From Squalus acanthias (Eukaryota), in NCBI GenBank assembly GCA_030390025.1, contig CM059432.1, forward strand, positions 69,008,001 to 69,072,000: DNA of 64,000 nucleotides, in the 5' to 3' direction. This document shows positions 36,090 to 50,150 of the stretch, piece by piece (the first letter of the stretch is position 1; the number at the start of each line of letters is the position of its first letter). Made by a program: the position numbers and the translations under genes. Under the pieces are notes generated by a model that worked only from the letters and a program-made list of their open reading frames with translations, searched no databases and had not been told where the DNA came from.

Positions 36090-37990
36090 ACTGGACAGCA
36101 AGAAAGCATTTGATCGCTTTAAGTAGAGTCAGTTGTATTATACAATTTGTTAATTTGGGTTTGAGGAAATTTATTTGAAAGGGATTTGTAACTTTTACAT
36201 AGATTTCAGGGCTAGAGTGATCAATGAAAAAGTTACTTAATCTTGATCTTGGCAGTTAAGTTACACCGTTGTTGGTGTTCTGTTTTTGATCATTTTAGGG
36301 AATCATCCAATGTTGTCTTCGGCATCTGTAAAACCTTTGGCATATCTGGGATCATACACTTCTGAGCAAGTTACTATTATATGATCTCCCACCAAAGCTA
36401 CATTCGCAGCTATCTGGTTTTGTCTCAAATCATTCTATCTATGCTATACATGATGGTTTCTCCTCATATTTTTTCCCATTAACTCAAGGGTTGTCCAGGA
36501 TTGTGTTCTTCCTTCCACGCTGTCCCTTCTTCACATTAACGATTTTCTCTCATCACTATTTTGCTGATCATTCCTCACTACATTCATCAACATTTTTCAA
36601 ACCACTAGTCCAAATTGCAAAATGATGGCTGAATCTTAGAACACAGGTTTCCTGCATGTCCTTCAATTGGATAATAAAAATCTTCGCTATGAGTTTCCTC
36701 AGGGGTTCTCCTCATAAGCCAACGTAACTTCAGCAGAAGATCGGTGGAATCTTCGTTTATGTGCGTAAGTGGGGGTTTTCTCTGAAGTTAAAGCGGACAA
36801 CTGGGAGAACCCTGAGAAAATTCACTTCCCTTGTTGCTTTCAATCTTCAAAAAAAATTCTTCCAAGTTTCTTTGTGCCTCTTGCAAGACCAACCAACAGC
36901 TACCACCTCTTATCTTTGCTTCATCTTTTGTCCTTCATCATCTGTCACTATTGTTAGCCAAACCACCTCTTCTAACCCATTGCTAAAAAAATTTAGGGGT
37001 AGAATTTTCACAGGGGTTCCCCAATCTCTTACCATAACTTCAATGCAAGATTGGCAGAAACCTCAGAGAAATGGTGTAAACGTCTATTTACAGCATTTCT
37101 CTGGAGTTTCTGCCGATATTCTGCCAAGGTTACAGTGGAAGATCAAAAGAACCCCCGCAGAAATTACTGGCATTAGTTTTCTCATCTATCCAAATCACTT
37201 CTTCCGTCAACTGTTCTCAAAACTCTATAAAGCCCAGTCTGTCCAAGACTCAAATATTAAAACCATATATGGGGTAACTTTTCCAACAACTCCCTGACAC
37301 TCTTGGTTGGTGCCCCTCTGAACTTGCATTTCTTGTCAGAAATATGCCATCTTATATGCTCTTCCTCCTCTCTACCTCCCCACTATGTTGAAATCAAGAC
37401 TCATTGCACAATTTCCTCATTATTTTCTTGGACCTCAAACTGTGGAACTCTTTACCTTCCTGTGTTTTTCTTCCCTTCAGAACTTTCAGGCTTTTTAAAC
37501 ACAAACTTGCCGTCGAATGATCACCACCTCTTGATTTACTTCACTTTATAGTTACTCGTTTCAACATTGGTGGAGCTCTGCATGAGGGGAAAGGGCCTTA
37601 ATCTTGGTTTCTCAATTTAAAAAAGGGACATTTATCACACATGTCTTCCATCTCCTCTGCTTTTGTATTCTCAGTGAAACCGTTAGCAGATTTTATTAAA
37701 AGTTGCCCCAAAACTGAGGAGGTCTGAGTCAGATCCAAAATCTATAAAACATCCTTGGATGTAGATGATATCCTACTACTATATTTATTTCAGACCCGGA
37801 AAACTTGGTTAAACATTTGGGAGATTATTGGGATATCATATCAATTGGATGTAGTCCAAGGTTATTCCTTTGTCTAAAGCTTGCATACCCAAAGGTTGGA
37901 GGAAGCTATGTTAAGCTGGTTTGAAAAGGCATAACTTATCATACTGGTTATTTTAATTCAGATATTAATGCCATTGCAGATAGAATTTGA
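36090..37990 (+). mobile_element. Very old L1-like RT fragments (~36090-36250, ~37630-37990) flanking another old LINE and two palindromic MITEs
   Basis: KAFDR..FGF and SL.VDDILL remnants; inner GxxQ..INDFL..FAD and LYKAQ remnants. Confidence 0.55.
36996..37171. mobile_element. Fully palindromic ~175-bp MITE (relatives at ~36685-36830 and ~42997-43119)
   Basis: Whole element folds back: CAGAAACCTCAGAGAAATG.TGTAAA / TTTACA.CATTTCTCTGGAGTTTCTG. Confidence 0.7.
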
Positions 37991-40491
37991 GGGGTCTTTA
38001 TGGCTTCCACCAATTCGATCCCCTACCTCGTCATTCTGGTCCGTACTGAGTTAGTTTATCTTGAGCACTGTGGCAGTGAAGGTGGACCAATTGACTTCAG
38101 GCTGAAAACCAGCAAAGATTTGAACTCTTGAACAATTATAATTTGGGTGATGTACCAGAGGGTGACTAGCACCAGTGCAGCCTTAAGCAGCCAAAATAGA
38201 CAATACCTTCTGAAAAGCAGAAGAGAAAAATTTGGCCAAAAATAAATTAGTCTTCTCCATCAATTCTAATTAATTTATAAGCTTGTCTGTCAAATAAATA
38301 TTTTCTTTGAAGATAATTTAGTCGCATCTCTGACTGTCCAGAAATCAGCTCACCCAGAATAGGCCTGAGATATGGGACCTTGCTGGTCGGTATGGCTTCA
38401 CTACTAACTGGGTAAACGCACTGAGCTGGTCTAATAATTTAAATTATTACATTTCTTACTGAGTGGACCTGACTACAAGAGAATATCAATTTCAATAGAC
38501 CCAATGGTAACATCGATGTATATCTTGGGGAATTTCTAGACCAAATATTTCAAATGTTCAAATCATTGGGGCTGAAAATCCATAGGTCTTTGATCCCGGC
38601 GTTTTGATGCTGGGATCTGTCTGATGGTGACCTGTGGTGCTGGCCAAAGCTCACGGGATCATTGCGAGATCCCTTAGTGTAAATAAAGTGGATGACGGCC
38701 TGTGCCGCTGGATTGGAAAAAGGCAAAGTTCAGTGAGGTAAAAAGGGATCTGGCTAAAATTAACTGGGCAGAAAAATTAGCAAACAGGTTGACAGATCAG
38801 CAGTGGGAAATATTCAAATATGAGATGGATAAAAAGTAAAGGGGGAGAAATTCATTATAGCCCAGGAGTGGGCGCTAACTTTGGAAAAGTTTGAGATTTA
38901 GCGCCAGGCACTAATGAATCTCGCTACACGCAAAATTCATTGTCATCGCTCAAAGAAAGGATGGGAGCGCTAAATCAAACGCTAACGCTCTAGCTCAGTG
39001 GCGTTACACTCAAAGCGCTAACCAATATCAGGTGCAGTCTAATCGCAAGTTATCATTGCCACAGGCTCTTTCCAGTTCTAACAGGGGAGGTTCATTCATG
39101 CTGCAGAACCTCATTCTCAGCATTGCTGGCTGTGAACCTGTGTCTGCAAGCAGGAGCAGGCCAAGTCCAAGGAGCCGGACGACTCAACCAGCTGTACTCA
39201 TGGCAGATCCACGCCCCAGGGAGAGAGCCTGTAGTGTTTCAGACCAAGCACTGGAGGAGTTGGTGTCCACTGTGGAGAGACAGAGGGCAGTGCTCTACCC
39301 GGCCAGTGGCAGGAGGCCCTCGCCGCAAGTCTTCGTGCCATGTGGAGCGAGGTTGCCCATCAGGTCTCGGGCAGCACTGTGGTCCCCAGGACCCACACAC
39401 AGTGCAGGTAGAAATGTAATGACCTCACTCGGGTGGTCAGGGTGAGTCAATGCCTCAACAAATGCTACATACCACCGTCTGAACCACAGTCTGCACACAC
39501 TGCCCAAAGCACCACACTCCTGGCACTCACCCACCAACAATCTCTACCTACCAACACTCACATTCACATCTCACACCTTGCACACAATGACAGCTATTCA
39601 ACTATGGCAGGCACATCACCCAAACACATTGCTCCACACTCACTCACACACTTTCCTTACAGGCCAAGGTGACTCACAACAGGAGGGAGCAGGAGCGCAC
39701 AGGCGGGGGACAAGCCAACACCCAACCACAGTCTGCGCTGGAGAATCGAGTGCTGCAGATTATTGGGCGTCAGGTGGTGGGCATCGTGGCCACCAACGAC
39801 ATTGACCCCCTTGGGGACAACAACGGTATGTTCATCCCTACTCCTTCTTCTCAGATCCCACTACCCCCTCACCCCACAAGCCTTTCGCACTTTCCAGCTA
39901 ATCATGCTGTATGCATGCATTTCTCCCTTCCTGGCCCCTCCTCTCACCTTAACCTGACTCTTGTGCCTTTATGCTTTCAGATAATCAGCAAGCACCAGAG
40001 CAGCCTGTCCCTGAGGGCACCGCAGAGAGTGAGGCGGGAGAACAGGTGGAGGGAGAAGACACCGCGTCACTGCATGTCTCACCCGTAGGCACCAGCTCAG
40101 ATACTGGCACTACGCGTTCTTTAGAGGCTAGTATAGTAGTGGGATCTGCACAGGATGATGCACCGGGAATAAGCGGGCTGCAGCAAGGCCAGGGGGAAAG
40201 GGGAGCTCGGGGACCAGCTCCCCAGGGGGCGAGTTCTGCTGCACAGGACTCAGGTGAGGACCTCGATCAGGAGGCCTTTAGAAGAAGGGTGATGGGCATG
40301 CACACGGAGATGATAGGTGCAATGGCAAGCGTGCCTGAGAGCCTCTCAGCAGTGATAAGGAGCGTGGAGGAGTCCACCTCCAACATTGCACAAGGCTCTG
40401 TGCAGAGCATGGAGCCCATCATTTCCAGTCTGCAAAGGATGGTAGACTCCCAGAAAGACCGTGGCGACCCAGACCTGATGCCACGTGTACA

Positions 40492-40626
40492 AAAGCAAAA
40501 TACTGCGGATGCTGGAAATCTGACATAAAAATAGAAAATGCTGGAAATACTCAGCAGGTCAGGCAGCATCTGTGGAGAGAGAAACAGAGTTAATGTTTCA
40601 GATCGATGAACCTTTGTCAGAACAGT
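40492..40626 (-). mobile_element. Solo Penelope pLTR fragment, hammerhead core mutated (CTGACAA)
   Basis: Homologous to 22912-23049; flanked by TGTACA repeats. Confidence 0.82.
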
Positions 40627-41151
40627 TGTACATTTTTGTTCTGACACCCGCTCTGGCGAGTACTGGAGGGCTTCTCCTGAGTGGTCAAGGCAACAGAACC
40701 ATTGCTTGAGCACCCCAGTGGTCTGCTCAATGATGTTCCTGGTGGCTGCATGGCTCTCATTATATGAGTGCTGTGCAGGAGTGTTGGGGCTGTGGAGGGG
40801 AATCATGAGCCAGGTGGAGAGCGGATAGCCCTTGTCTCCGACCAGCCAGCTGCGAGCTTGATGTGGTGGCCGGAAGAGTGCTGGAACACCAGTCTGGTGC
40901 AGGATGAAGGCATCGTGGCTGCCGCCAGGATAGCGGGCATTCACATTGAGGATTCGCTGTCTGTGGTCTCACACCAACTGGATATTAAGTGAGTGGTAGC
41001 CTTTGCAGCTACGAAAGATCTCAGGATTGTTATGCGGTGCCCACAAATCCATGTGGGTGCAGTCAATGGCGCCCTGCACCATGGGGAATCCTGCTATCCT
41101 GGCAAAGCCACAAGCACGCTCGTCCTGCTTCTCTCTGGTGATGGGGAATGA

Positions 41152-41920
41152 AGTGCCAGGCAATGATTATCTCCAACAAGCGAGAGTCTAACCACCGTCC
41201 CATGACATTCAACGCCATTACCATCGCCGAATCCCCCACCATCAACAACTTGGAGGTCACCATTGACCAAAAACTTAACTGGACCAGCCACATAAATATT
41301 GTGGCAACAAGAGCAGGTTAGAGACTAGGTATTCTGCGGCGAGTGTCTCACCTCCTGACTCCCCAAAGCCTTTCCACCATCTACAAGGCACAAGTAAGGA
41401 GTGTGATGGAATACTCTCCACTTGCCTGGATGAGTGCAGCTCCAACAACACTCAAGAGGCTCGTCACCATCCAGGACAATGCTGCCCGCTTGATTGGCAC
41501 CCCATCCACCACCTTAAACATTCACTCCCTCCACCACTGGTGTACAACGGCTGCAGTGTGTACCATCTACAAGATGCACTGAAGCAACTCGCTAAGGCTT
41601 CTTCGACAGTACCTCCCAAACCCGCGACTTCTTCCACCTAGAAGGACAAGGGCAGCAGGCGCATAGGAACACCACCACCTCCAAGTTCCCCTCCAAGTCA
41701 CACACCATCCTGACTTAGAAATATATCGCCGATCCATCATTGTCGCTGGGTCAAAATCCTGGAACTCCCTACCTAACAGCACTGTGGGAGTACCTTCACC
41801 ACACGGTCTGCAGCAGTTCAAGGCGGCGGCTCACCACCACCTTCTCAAGAGCAATTAGGGATGGGCAATAAATGCTGGCCTTGCCAGCGACGCCCACATC
41901 CCATGAATGAATTTAAAAAA
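41152..41920 (+). mobile_element. 3' fragment of the second LINE family inserted in transposase C
   Basis: YKAQVRSVMEYS; splits RRRGYI|FPITRE. Confidence 0.9.
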
Positions 41921-42804
41921 AATGTAGCCCCTTCTCCTACTGTAGAGAGTCTCTGTGATCCCTCGGATGCAGTGATGGATGGCGAACTGCGAGATGTTAC
42001 CTATATCTCCTGTTGCAGACTGGAAGCATCTGCTGGCAAAGAAATTGAGGGCAACGGTGACCTTGACTGCCACTGAGAGAGCCTTGGTCGCCCTGATCTG
42101 AGGCTGGAGGTCTGGTTGCAGGAGGTGGCAGAGTTCTGTTACCACCTCCTTGCTGAAGCGCAGCCTTTAAGACACTGCTCCTGGCTTAATTGGAGGTAAG
42201 AGAATTGCTGTCGGAAGATCCTCGATGGGTAAGGCCTCCTGTTGAGAGCCCTGATGGCCTCTTCCTCTGTCTGGGCACATGTTCCAGTCTTTCTCGCTGC
42301 CTCCGCTCCCTCCGCTGTAGATCCTGGATGGCGAGGTCGACTGCTAGTACAACCCCCATTAATGTAAGGAAGTGCAGCACTTTGATATTTTGTGAGAATA
42401 AATATAACTAATTTTTAGTAGCCACAACACTCCGGAGACTAAACAACCTTTAAATGACTGAATTAAACTGTTGCACAATGTCAAACTGACAAGGAAGCAG
42501 TGAACCAGCACTAACCTGAGAGCTGCGACTCATTACTCATGATCCCTTTAAGTAGCGTCCCTGGAGCCGGCTACCGACTGCTTCACGCCTCCTCTCCCTG
42601 TTGCTGTCGAGGCGAAGCGCTAAGGCAGGGGGCGATCTGCCTGGCGCTGAAGTCCCCAGCGCTAACTCGTAGAGGCGGCGCTACGAGGGGGGGGCCGAAT
42701 TTGGCGTCCGTCGCTGGATTCGCCTCGCCACGGTGCTACTGCCTCAGCGCCCCGGCCAGGCGCTAACTGGAGGCGCTGAGGTACCGAATTTCTCCCCCAA
42801 AGAA

Positions 42805-43375
42805 TTTGCATTAATATATTACCTTTCATGTCATCAGGACATTTCAAAGCACTTCACAGTTAATGAATTACTTTCGAAGTATAGTCACTGTTGTTATGTA
42901 GGCTAACACAGCAGTCAATTTGCACATATCAAGGTCCCATTAAACAGCAATGACCCAATAATCTGTTTTGATCGTGTTGGTTGAGGAATAAATGTTGGAC
43001 AAAATTTCTGCAAGGGTTCTCTGAGCTCCCGTCATAACTTCATGGAAACCTTATAGAAACAGTGTAAACGCTGAAGTTACAGCAGGGGATTGGAAGAACA
43101 CCCATGGAAATTACTGGCAGTTGGATAGGACACCTCTTCTGCTCTTTTTCAAATAGTGCCATGGGATATTTTACATCCACCTGAGCAGGCAGATATAGCC
43201 GCAGTTTAATATCTCATCCAAACTACAGCACCTCTGACCATGCAGAATTCCCTCAGAATTGCACTGGCGTGTGAGTCTGGATTATGCACTCAAGTCTCTG
43301 GATTGGGACTCGAACTCACAACATTCTGACTCAGAGGTAGAAGTGGTACCACTGAACCAAGGCCAACACTGACAG
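42805..43375 (-). mobile_element. Deu-domain SINE (with nested palindromic MITE)
   Basis: Reverse complement aligns to 62876-63338. Confidence 0.8.
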
Positions 43376-44372
43376 ACTATAAAATAAATATTTTCCTATA
43401 AGACAAAAAAGAGGTTTGTCAAAGAATCGAGTTTCATGGATACATAGAGAGCTTAAAACTAAACTTGAACTTAAAAGGAATATAGAAAGTGCAGCGAGCA
43501 TGTGAAAAGGGAGTTTGGGAGGGATATGACAAAAGGCTAGCAAATAATATAAAAGGAAATAGTAAAGGTTTTTGTAAGTATATAAAAAGTAAAACAATAG
43601 TTAAAAGAGAGGGTAGGACCACTCAGGGTTGAAGGGAAATATAGTTGTGGAGGATAAAGATATGGTGGAGATATTAAATAAATATTTTCCATTGTTTTTT
43701 ACAAATGAATGGTAGAAGTGAGAATACAGAAGGAAGTTAGGTTCAAGGACTCACATTTATATAGCACCTTTCACATCCCAAGGACATCCCAAAATGCTTT
43801 ACAGCCAAAGAAGTACTTTTGAAGTGTAGTCACTGTTGTAATGTAGGGGAACACAGCACCCAATTTGCACACAACGAGGTCCCTCAAACAGCAATGAGAT
43901 ACATGACCAGATGATCTGTTTTCCCCCCTCCCAGTACTTTTGAAATTGCAAAACTGATTTTTCTTCCCTCTTTGAAGCAGTCAACTCCTTGCTAGAGTAC
44001 AATTCCAGACACTGGTGCCTTCCAGCAAACTGCCAAAGGGACATTCTTTGTATCGAACTCTGAACAATAGCTGAGCTATTCAACTGTGAAGCATCACACA
44101 GCCTAATCCTGCTCCAGCAGGGGTCACTGAGCTGCAATCAGACACAAGAGCCATGGTCAATTATTCCCCTCCCTAACCCAGGGATGCTGAACTGCAACAC
44201 CCTTAATGCTGCCCAAGCTGAAATCATTAACTCAGCACATAGAATCAAAGCTGCAGCCTTCCCGGTCTGTATGGCTCAAGCTACAAAACAGAGCATCAAG
44301 GAATGGCCAGGAAGATTTTTTAAATGGGGCTCTTTGGTGGCCAAGTTCCTACAGCTGTGAGCCTGTTTTCTG

Positions 44373-44620
44373 TTATTGTACACCTGAACTTACGAGTGCG
44401 TTTTTCTCCACCAAAAACTGAGATTCACGGCGAGATCTTTTAAGCTTTGCACGAGGATTCTGGAAGCAGGTCTGAATTCGGTCTTTATCTAGAGCCAGTT
44501 TCTGAGCAGGTTATTCAATCTGGCTCCTGCGGAAAGCAGTCCTGTATCTTCTACCTCTGAACCAGCAGTAGTTTGGGTGTTAAGAGACGTGGTCCTCGCC
44601 CCAACGTCTGACTTGGTACA
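44373..44620 (-). pseudogene. HESX1: Processed pseudogene of HESX1/Anf homeobox gene (possibly extending to ~45050 beyond a CR1)
   Basis: Minus strand: [63 protein letters not shown]; matches HESX1 WYRGRRPRTAF...AQKL..[25 protein letters not shown]; no introns. Confidence 0.85.
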
Positions 44621-44940
44621 ATTATGAGGAGCCTAGATAGAGTGGATAGGAAGGACCTATTTCCCTTAGCAGAGGTCAATAACCAGGGAGCATAGATTTA
44701 AAGTAATTGGTCGGAGGTTTAGAGGAGAGTTGAGGAGACATTTTTTCACCCAGAGGGTGGTGGGGGTCTGGAACTCACTGCCTGCAAAAGCACTCATCAC
44801 ATTTAAAAAGTACTTGGATATGCACTTGAAGTGCCTTAACCTTCAAGGCTACGGACCAAGTGCTGGAAAGTGGGATTAGGCTGGATAGCTCTTTTTCGGC
44901 CGGCCTCCTTCTGTGCTGTAAATTTTCTATGATTCTATGA
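44621..44940 (+). mobile_element. CR1 3' fragment
   Basis: FFTQRVVGVWNSLP; TTCTATGATTCTATGA tail. Confidence 0.88.
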
Positions 44941-45741
44941 ACACATGTCTCGGTCGCTCCTCCTTCCTTCTTTCATTGTAGTATCTACAGTACATGGATC
45001 ACAGGATCTCCCAGAGGAGGCTGGACACAAGCTCCCTGGAAAAGCTGTAGATGTATTATGGAATAATTGCTACAGATAATTGCAGAAAAGGAATTAGTTC
45101 TGAAAAAATTAGCAGAACTCAAAATGAATAAGTCACCAAGCTCTGATGATATGCACCATGAATGAAGTCAGAAAGGACATAGTTGAGGCTCTCACTACAA
45201 TTTTGCATTCCTCCTTAAATATGCAAATTATGAGACATGAGCAGTGCCAATGTAGCACATTTGTTCAAGAAGGGAGCGAAGAATAAACCAGCTAACGCAC
45301 ATCTGTTGTGGGCAAATACGTAAGAATTTAGAAATAAATGTGCTAATCAAGGATAATCAACACAGATTTGTTAAAAGTAAGTCACGTTTGACAAATTTAA
45401 CAGATTTTTGGGAGAAATCACCAATTAAGAAGACAATGGGAATGCAATAGATGTAGGGCATATGGATTTTCAGAAGGCTTTTGATAAGCTGTCTCAAATG
45501 GTGAATGATATTGAGGCTTTGTTATTGATTCAGAAGAAGGCCACAAGAATGATTCGCAGTTATCCATTCTATTTTTGGACTTTCAAAAAGCTTTTGACAC
45601 AATGCCATGCTATAGGTTACTATATAAGATCCTGGTAGGCAATGATCCCTGAATATATGATCACATAGTCTAATACTTAGCCTTCAGTTAAAGGGGGAGA
45701 GGGTTGTGTCGTTTTTATGGTATTAACAAACCAGAGGTCAT

Positions 45742-47511
45742 GGGCTGAATTTTGCCGGCGCTCAGAGTGTGGGTTTGGAGGCGGTCCGCTGTCAAAATCA
45801 CAAAGATTGACAGTGGGTTGGTATCCCGCTCTGAACCCGCCTCCTTTGAGTTTCCTAAGTGTCGGGTCTGTCATCCTTGAACAGACCCGACACCAAGCGG
45901 CGGGTCAGCCAATTTAGATAGTTAAAAGCTTATTAAAAGGTAGTTAAGAACCATTTTCCCATGTACCTACCATTTTACCAGGTTTTCAACGAGGTTCCCG
46001 GAGAACAGCTATCACGTCAGGTAAGTATGTCGGGTTCTCAATGACTGGACTGCTGTGAATAGGTGAAAGCTGCAAAAGTAGTCTAAAGCCATTTCACAGC
46101 TGTTCACTTCCCAATCTTAGAAGCTGGAGCATTAATGATTTGGAACCCACTTTTGAGCTTTATGCACTTTTGAAGTGTTTGGAGTAACCTCTCTATCTAC
46201 TGTCACCTCCTTGGAACAACCTATCTCAATATTGACAGATTACTTTTGTCATCTCAACCTCACCTGCCATCTATTCCATCAGCGTCAGTGCCCTTGAAAA
46301 AATCTCACCTTGGTCCTCAGAATCCCAGCACGATAAGCCCCAACACCAGCATCACCGGGCACACCAGCAGCACCAACATCCACACCAACCTTCTCCGCAA
46401 TCAACTGATGCTGCACTGGACACAGGGCATCATCACCAGGAACATTGCTGTCCAAGACACCAGCGATGGCCTCACCATGTCCAGATTTACTTCACTTGAC
46501 GCTGTACACCCTGACTGCCACATGATGCACCAGGTTGGCACCACCCCACACCAGCACCATAAAGCATCCCTACAATGTCCAAGCCATTCCTTTCACACTC
46601 ATCACCATTGGGGGTAGGGGGGAAACGTTATGTCTCACCATTCATTGGAACTCACTAACACACTTTCAAAGGTGCACACAAATCTGTCCAAGAAGGCAAA
46701 GTGGTGACAATAAGGATTTCAATGCTTGACAACACATTAACAGAAAGTTTACACAACCATTGGCTAAAACACCCAAGTGCCTAACCTTGTGTGTTGTTAG
46801 TCATTATGATTGGACTAGGATAAGGGTGAGTGTGAGGGGTGGCTAGTGAGATGGGGAAGTGATAATGGATAGAAAGGGATGGGTGGAGGTGCAAGTTAAG
46901 TTGGTGTGAGTAAGGATGTGCAGGAGTAGGGTAGGGAAGGCAGCATGATGGGGAAGTGATGAGTGGCACAGCAGGATGAGGTTGAGTGTGGCTTTGCAGT
47001 AATGTTTCGTGATCTACTGTGATCATTGAAAGGTTTGCGCCACTGCAGCCAGGTCCTCCTGACAACATCCCTGCTTGTGTCCTCCTGTGCAATGTGCAAC
47101 CAGGCTGCGTTGGTGTCTTCTGCCCAATGGAAGGGAAGAGAACCTCCATGCGTGCTGTGACAACCTCCATAAACATATGGAGGGAGTCCTGGGAGAGCCT
47201 GGGTGCAGCTGTGCACCTCTGTGCAGTGCTTGTCAGTGTTTGCAGCACCTCAATGCTGTAGAACACTGACAGCACAACTGTCAAAATCAATTTGGACATG
47301 GCCCCTTTAAGGAAATCGGCTGATGACGCATCATCAAATTATGTCATCAGACCTGCTTCCTATTAATTGGCCGGGAACACCGCAGGGCGGGCTTAACAAG
47401 CCCAATCATTGGAATATCTTGTTGGAGGCCGGGATCGACACAGATGCGATGTCTCCACACGCCACCGACGCCACCTGCCCCGGACCTGCTGAGGTTGGAA
47501 AAATCCAGCTC
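45742..47511. mobile_element. Harbinger F, deletion derivative related to A, inserted in a SINE head
   Basis: GGGCTGAATTTT / AAAATCCAGCTC termini; CAT TSD; left end aligns to the right end of A; Myb exon 1 remnant on minus (AAWLHIAQE..TWLQWRKPFND). Confidence 0.85.
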
Positions 47512-47514
47512 CAT

Positions 47515-47887
47515 GAGTTCAAATCGCACCATGGTAAATTATGAAATTAAATCAATAAATCTGGTAATTTGTCAGTTGGCTTCAGAAAAAAATGACAATG
47601 AAAGTTAAAGATTGTTGTAAAAATGCAACTCGCTTACTGATGTCCTCCAGGGAAGGGAGCCTACTAGCCCTAACTGGTCCGGCCTACACATCACATAAAT
47701 CCAGTTCTACGCTATGTGGTTGACTACTAGTTCACTTTGAAGTGGTCTAGTAGAACACACATTTATTAAAAAGAAATCGCTACCTCAAGAAGCAGGCCCA
47801 TTACCACCTTCTCGGGGCAACTAGGGCTGGGGAATAAACGGGGGCCTTGCCAGTGTCACTCAAAGCCCAAGAACAAATTAAAAAAAG
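47515..47887 (+). mobile_element. tRNA-derived SINE sharing its 3' tail with the second LINE family (head starts ~45700)
   Basis: B-box-like GAGTTCAAATC; tail CCACCTTCTC..GGCAACTAGGG..AATAAA..GGCCTTGCCAG as at 41840-41910. Confidence 0.65.
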
Positions 47888-50150
47888 ATCAGTTCTGGTG
47901 CCAAGCCTCAGGAATTTCTTCATCAGCAAGATGACAGATATCTGTGTTTAGTGTGGTGAAAGTACCTATACGGGGCAGGTTACAGCGTACTAGTCAACTT
48001 AATATTCCAGAAAGTTGAGTCTAATGCTACATCCCAGGCTTACTTGTCACGACTACTCAATCTATGTTCTTATATGAGGGGCTTTGACAAAGAGATGTGA
48101 GAAGTTACTATGATGTTCTATGGGAAGTCGTTCTGATTTTAGGGGTAAGGTGCATTTGGGGACAAGGGGGAGAGAGCTTTACTTTGTACCTTACTTGGGG
48201 GTGCTCATTGCTGACGCTTAATGCCAAAGTGAAAAATATTCCATTTCACAGCATTGACATTCCTTACATTACTGAACGTTAAAAAAAAACTACATTTCAA
48301 ACAATAGAGGAAAGGTTATCATTTAGCTACATGTAAACAGGTTTTGTTACATCAAGTGGAAATGATCATATATCATTGGTCTCTGCTTTAAAGTACCATC
48401 CAAACTGAGTCCAAGAGCATTACAGTAAATAGTGTCATGGCAAAACAATTGCTTCTCCAACCAAAATAAATGTGAAAATATTTGATTGAGATCCATGAAC
48501 AAGTATAAGGGATGATTTATAATACGGGTTGAGCTTTGTAATCTAAATTATCCCACACCTGAGAATACTAAACCAGTAGGAAACCTAAAGTCTGACCATG
48601 TGACTGTGATTGAACATACGTTAGAAATGAGCGAGTCAGACTGTAAGGTCAAGCTGAGCCTGGGCTGATCCAAAGGGCTGAATTGGCTCTACGAAACTCA
48701 ATTTGAGCCAAGATCATAAAACACAACATTCCACAAAGGAAACAATAAAAACTGTTTTGCTCGGTGCAGAAGTTTGAAGAGGTTGCTTTCCCATTAAAGA
48801 ATTTAAGGCTTTTTTCTCTTATTTTTCTTGGGTTATACGTTTTTGATATTATCGGGATATTTCTATTGCTTTCAGGCACATAGTTTCCTTTATTCTAAAT
48901 TATTTCCTTTTATCAATTATTCTTTTATTTTTCATTGCCCATTTCACTTCAAATACATTATTTTTTATTCTTGCTTTCACACTTTAAAATGAACTGCACA
49001 ATCTGGTGGATCATCTTGATCATCTCAGTCTCGACCTATTTCTATAACCACCTATAGAAAAAGGTGTAGACAGATATTTATCAACAAAAAATCTCTGGAT
49101 GAAAGCACTGATTGTTGCTGACATCAATGTGACTATTTTGTATGTGTGAGCCTAGACGGTGAGAGTTCACAGGCCATATGATGGTGAAGTGCAGCACAAC
49201 CGAGCCCAATTCTCTACTGATCTGAATTACAATAACATGTCATTGGTGGGTATCCATTTGGATTATCTGCCTCGGGTGGTGGGAAAGGATTTTGCTGCAC
49301 CGCCCTGCCTCAGTGCAAGTTGGTCTGCAGTCTCAGCCCAACATAGTTAAAACAAAATTAAAGTGCTGCTGCTTCTCCATTTGGCCAGTTTCCTGAAAGC
49401 AATTGATCGTTTGGGGAGCAAATGATGGGAAATACGTATCCCACTTCAATCGGAATTTCTGATGGACAGATAAAGGGGCAGGGAGGCAACATATTTGGCT
49501 TTTGCCCCAGATTTTAGGATGTTTTCAGCCAAAGAGGGTAGTTTCAAAACAGTGCAGAACATCTGTAGCCTAGGGTGTAGTGGAGGCTATACTAGGGTAG
49601 TATACCCACTTTTTATTCTGGGAGGCAAGATTATGCTCGCTCTTTGGTAGCATGCAATTGGGGGGTATACTTGAATATATACTTTTCATGAGGCTGAGCT
49701 ATGTATAAGGATTAAACATAGAAAGCAAATGTCACAAGGTCAAGGTGATGTAGGCAACCATCTTGTGATAAAATTCATTAGGCTGTGGTAGTTGCAATAA
49801 TGAAAAGCTATTTTTGATACTATACAACCATTTGATCACTAAAGCCTGGAAATTGTTGTTGCCAATATTAGAAGGTGGCCACTAAATGCATCTTCATAAC
49901 ATTCCTTTGTTCACAAGTTTAAAATAATATCTGTTAAATAATGGTTAAAAAAAATATTGTACAAATACATCAAGTGTTATAGAGGAAGAAGAAAGAACTT
50001 GCATTTATAGAAATGCTTTTTACATCCACAAAACATCCCAAAGCCAATGAATTATTTTTGAAATCACTGTTGCACCAAATAAAGTGTCAAAAATCTAAAT
50101 TTACTACCAGCTCCCTACCCCAAGAAAGTAAATCCATACGTAAATATAAT

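Larger units (their letters stand above)
38841..42798. mobile_element. Harbinger C (distinct family), centrally deleted
   Basis: Perfect 13-bp TIR GGGGGAGAAATTC; AAA TSD; Myb remnant + (~39199-40488) and transposase remnant - (~42360-40640; GAIDCTH, LVGDKGY, IIEQT). Confidence 0.92.

Noticed and set aside
40267..40944. 225-aa transposase fusion ORF
   Set aside because: Chance read-through across a deletion, a Penelope fragment and antisense Myb sequence
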